Part shown: positions 23,309 through 24,000 of the stretch, piece by piece | Layout: each line of letters starts with the position of its first letter | How positions within the stretch are numbered: the stretch's first letter is position 1 | Source of the DNA: an uncultured Erysipelotrichaceae bacterium | Lineage (GTDB): Bacteria; Bacillota_I; Bacilli_A; Erysipelotrichales; Erysipelotrichaceae | Length of the DNA: 24,000 nucleotides | NCBI GenBank assembly: GCA_963541855.1 | Contig: CAUTVM010000007.1 | Location: forward strand, 187-24,186 | Reading direction: 5' to 3' | Position numbers and translations under genes: made by a program | The notes under the pieces: generated by a model | Seen by the model: the letters and a program-made list of their open reading frames with translations, nothing else | What the model was told of the DNA's origin: nothing | Databases searched by the model: none

Positions 23309-24000
23309 TTAGTGTTTCGCCGCCTCTTCCCCGGCAATACGGCCGAAAACCGTAATGTCCGCAATGGCACATGAGCCTAAGCGATTGGAGCCATGAATGC
23401 CGCCCGTCACTTCACCGGCCGCATACAGTCCCGGAATAATCTGATTTTCCGTGCTCAGGACTTCCGCATTGGTGTTGATCTTGATGCCGCCCATCGTGTG
23501 ATGGATCGCCGGTGTTGCCGCCACGATGTAGAACGGCCCCTGCTCAATCTTCATATTCATTGATTTACGCTCAAATTGCGTATCCGTCTGCGCATCGACC
23601 ATCTTATTGTAATTTTCAATCGTTTCCGCAAGTTTTGCCGCATCGATTCCGAAAGCTTCCGCCGCTTCCTGAAGCGTATCCGCCTTGACGAGATTATGAT
23701 TATTCATCAAATAAGCGACTTCACCGCCATGGTTTTCTTCAATCTTCGCTTTTTTAAAAGCATTTTCATCCATGACCTCATAGCAGATTCCGCCCGTCTG
23801 CGCCAGAATTGCCGAAGAAAGAACATCACGACGGCCAAGCTCATCCACAAACCGCTCCCCTTCTTTATTCACAAGAATGGAATATCCATAAAGACGCGCA
23901 TCATCAACATACAACAGGCCGCCGGAAAGAACATCGCAAAGCGGATAAGTCTGAATATATTCCATGCCGACAAGCTGGGCTCCGATCTCTTCCGCCATCG
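23309..24000 (-). CDS. FAD-binding flavocytochrome-c / soluble fumarate reductase-like flavoprotein, C-terminal part (5' end outside the window)
   Basis: The C-terminal FAD-binding signature is 'GLYAAGEVTGGIHGSNRLGSCAIADITVFGRIAG', with 'HHTMGGIKIN' upstream. The ORF is open to the window edge. Confidence 0.8.
   Translation of the reverse strand, partial: MAEEIGAQLVGMEYIQTYPLCDVLSGGLLYVDDARLYGYSILVNKEGERFVDELGRRDVLSSAILAQTGGICYEVMDENAFKKAKIEENHGGEVAYLMNNHNLVKADTLQEAAEAFGIDAAKLAETIENYNKMVDAQTDTQFERKSMNMKIEQGPFYIVAATPAIHHTMGGIKINTNAEVLSTENQIIPGLYAAGEVTGGIHGSNRLGSCAIADITVFGRIAGEEAAKH

Noticed and set aside
23209-23370. The 54-codon N-terminal extension of the MazF-like ORF in the ORF track (start at 23370).
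   Set aside because: It would overlap the 3' end of the flavoprotein gene and run through an intrinsic terminator. The translated extension is basic and of low complexity. The internal ATG at 23208 has a canonical AGGAGG RBS.
23309-24000. Linking the fumarate-reductase-like flavoprotein to the aspA-fumC module, so that aspartate would go to fumarate and then succinate.
   Set aside because: It is separated from that operon by four unrelated genes and two intrinsic terminators. The gene is only partial here, so its substrate (fumarate, urocanate, acrylate and so on) cannot be judged. I kept it as a feature only.

Overview
This window looks like a Firmicutes-type chromosome. The evidence is AGGAGG-like ribosome binding sites, tilS-hpt-ftsH synteny as in Bacillus subtilis, and a moderate GC content judged by eye. 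Nearly all genes lie on the minus strand. I saw no rRNA, tRNA, CRISPR array, transposase or integrase. The right end (about 18.9-24 kb) holds a partial flavocytochrome-c/fumarate-reductase-like flavoprotein gene, then a terminator-bounded unit of a long MazF/PemK-like gene, tilS, hpt and ftsH. The left end holds pepF and a divergent plus-strand pair (TVP38/DedA-like membrane protein and a GT4 glycosyltransferase). The centre (3749-18917) is the notable part: about 15 kb of tightly packed, often overlapping minus-strand genes. In transcription order they are a PRD/EIIB-like/EIIA-like PTS regulator, an RDD membrane protein, PTS EIIA, EIIB and EIIC (lactose/cellobiose family), a small GrdB-N-terminal-like CGPC protein, a degenerate M42 paralog, an intact M42 aminopeptidase, a leaderless glycosylasparaginase, an M20 dipeptidase, CutC, a DUF871/MupG-like putative 6-phospho-glycosidase, aspartate ammonia-lyase, class II fumarase and malic enzyme. 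I interpret this as a candidate PTS-dependent system that takes up and fully catabolises asparagine-linked sugar or N-glycopeptide remnants (for example GlcNAc-Asn) down to pyruvate. I do not know of a characterised system with this arrangement. Secondary leads are a possible selenocysteine recoding site (C-Y-E-TGA followed by a strong hairpin) in the GrdB-like gene, an M42 pseudoenzyme/enzyme pair, CutC in a glycan context, and an orphan long MazF-like protein. All functional calls rest on motif recognition in the supplied translations. No database search was possible.
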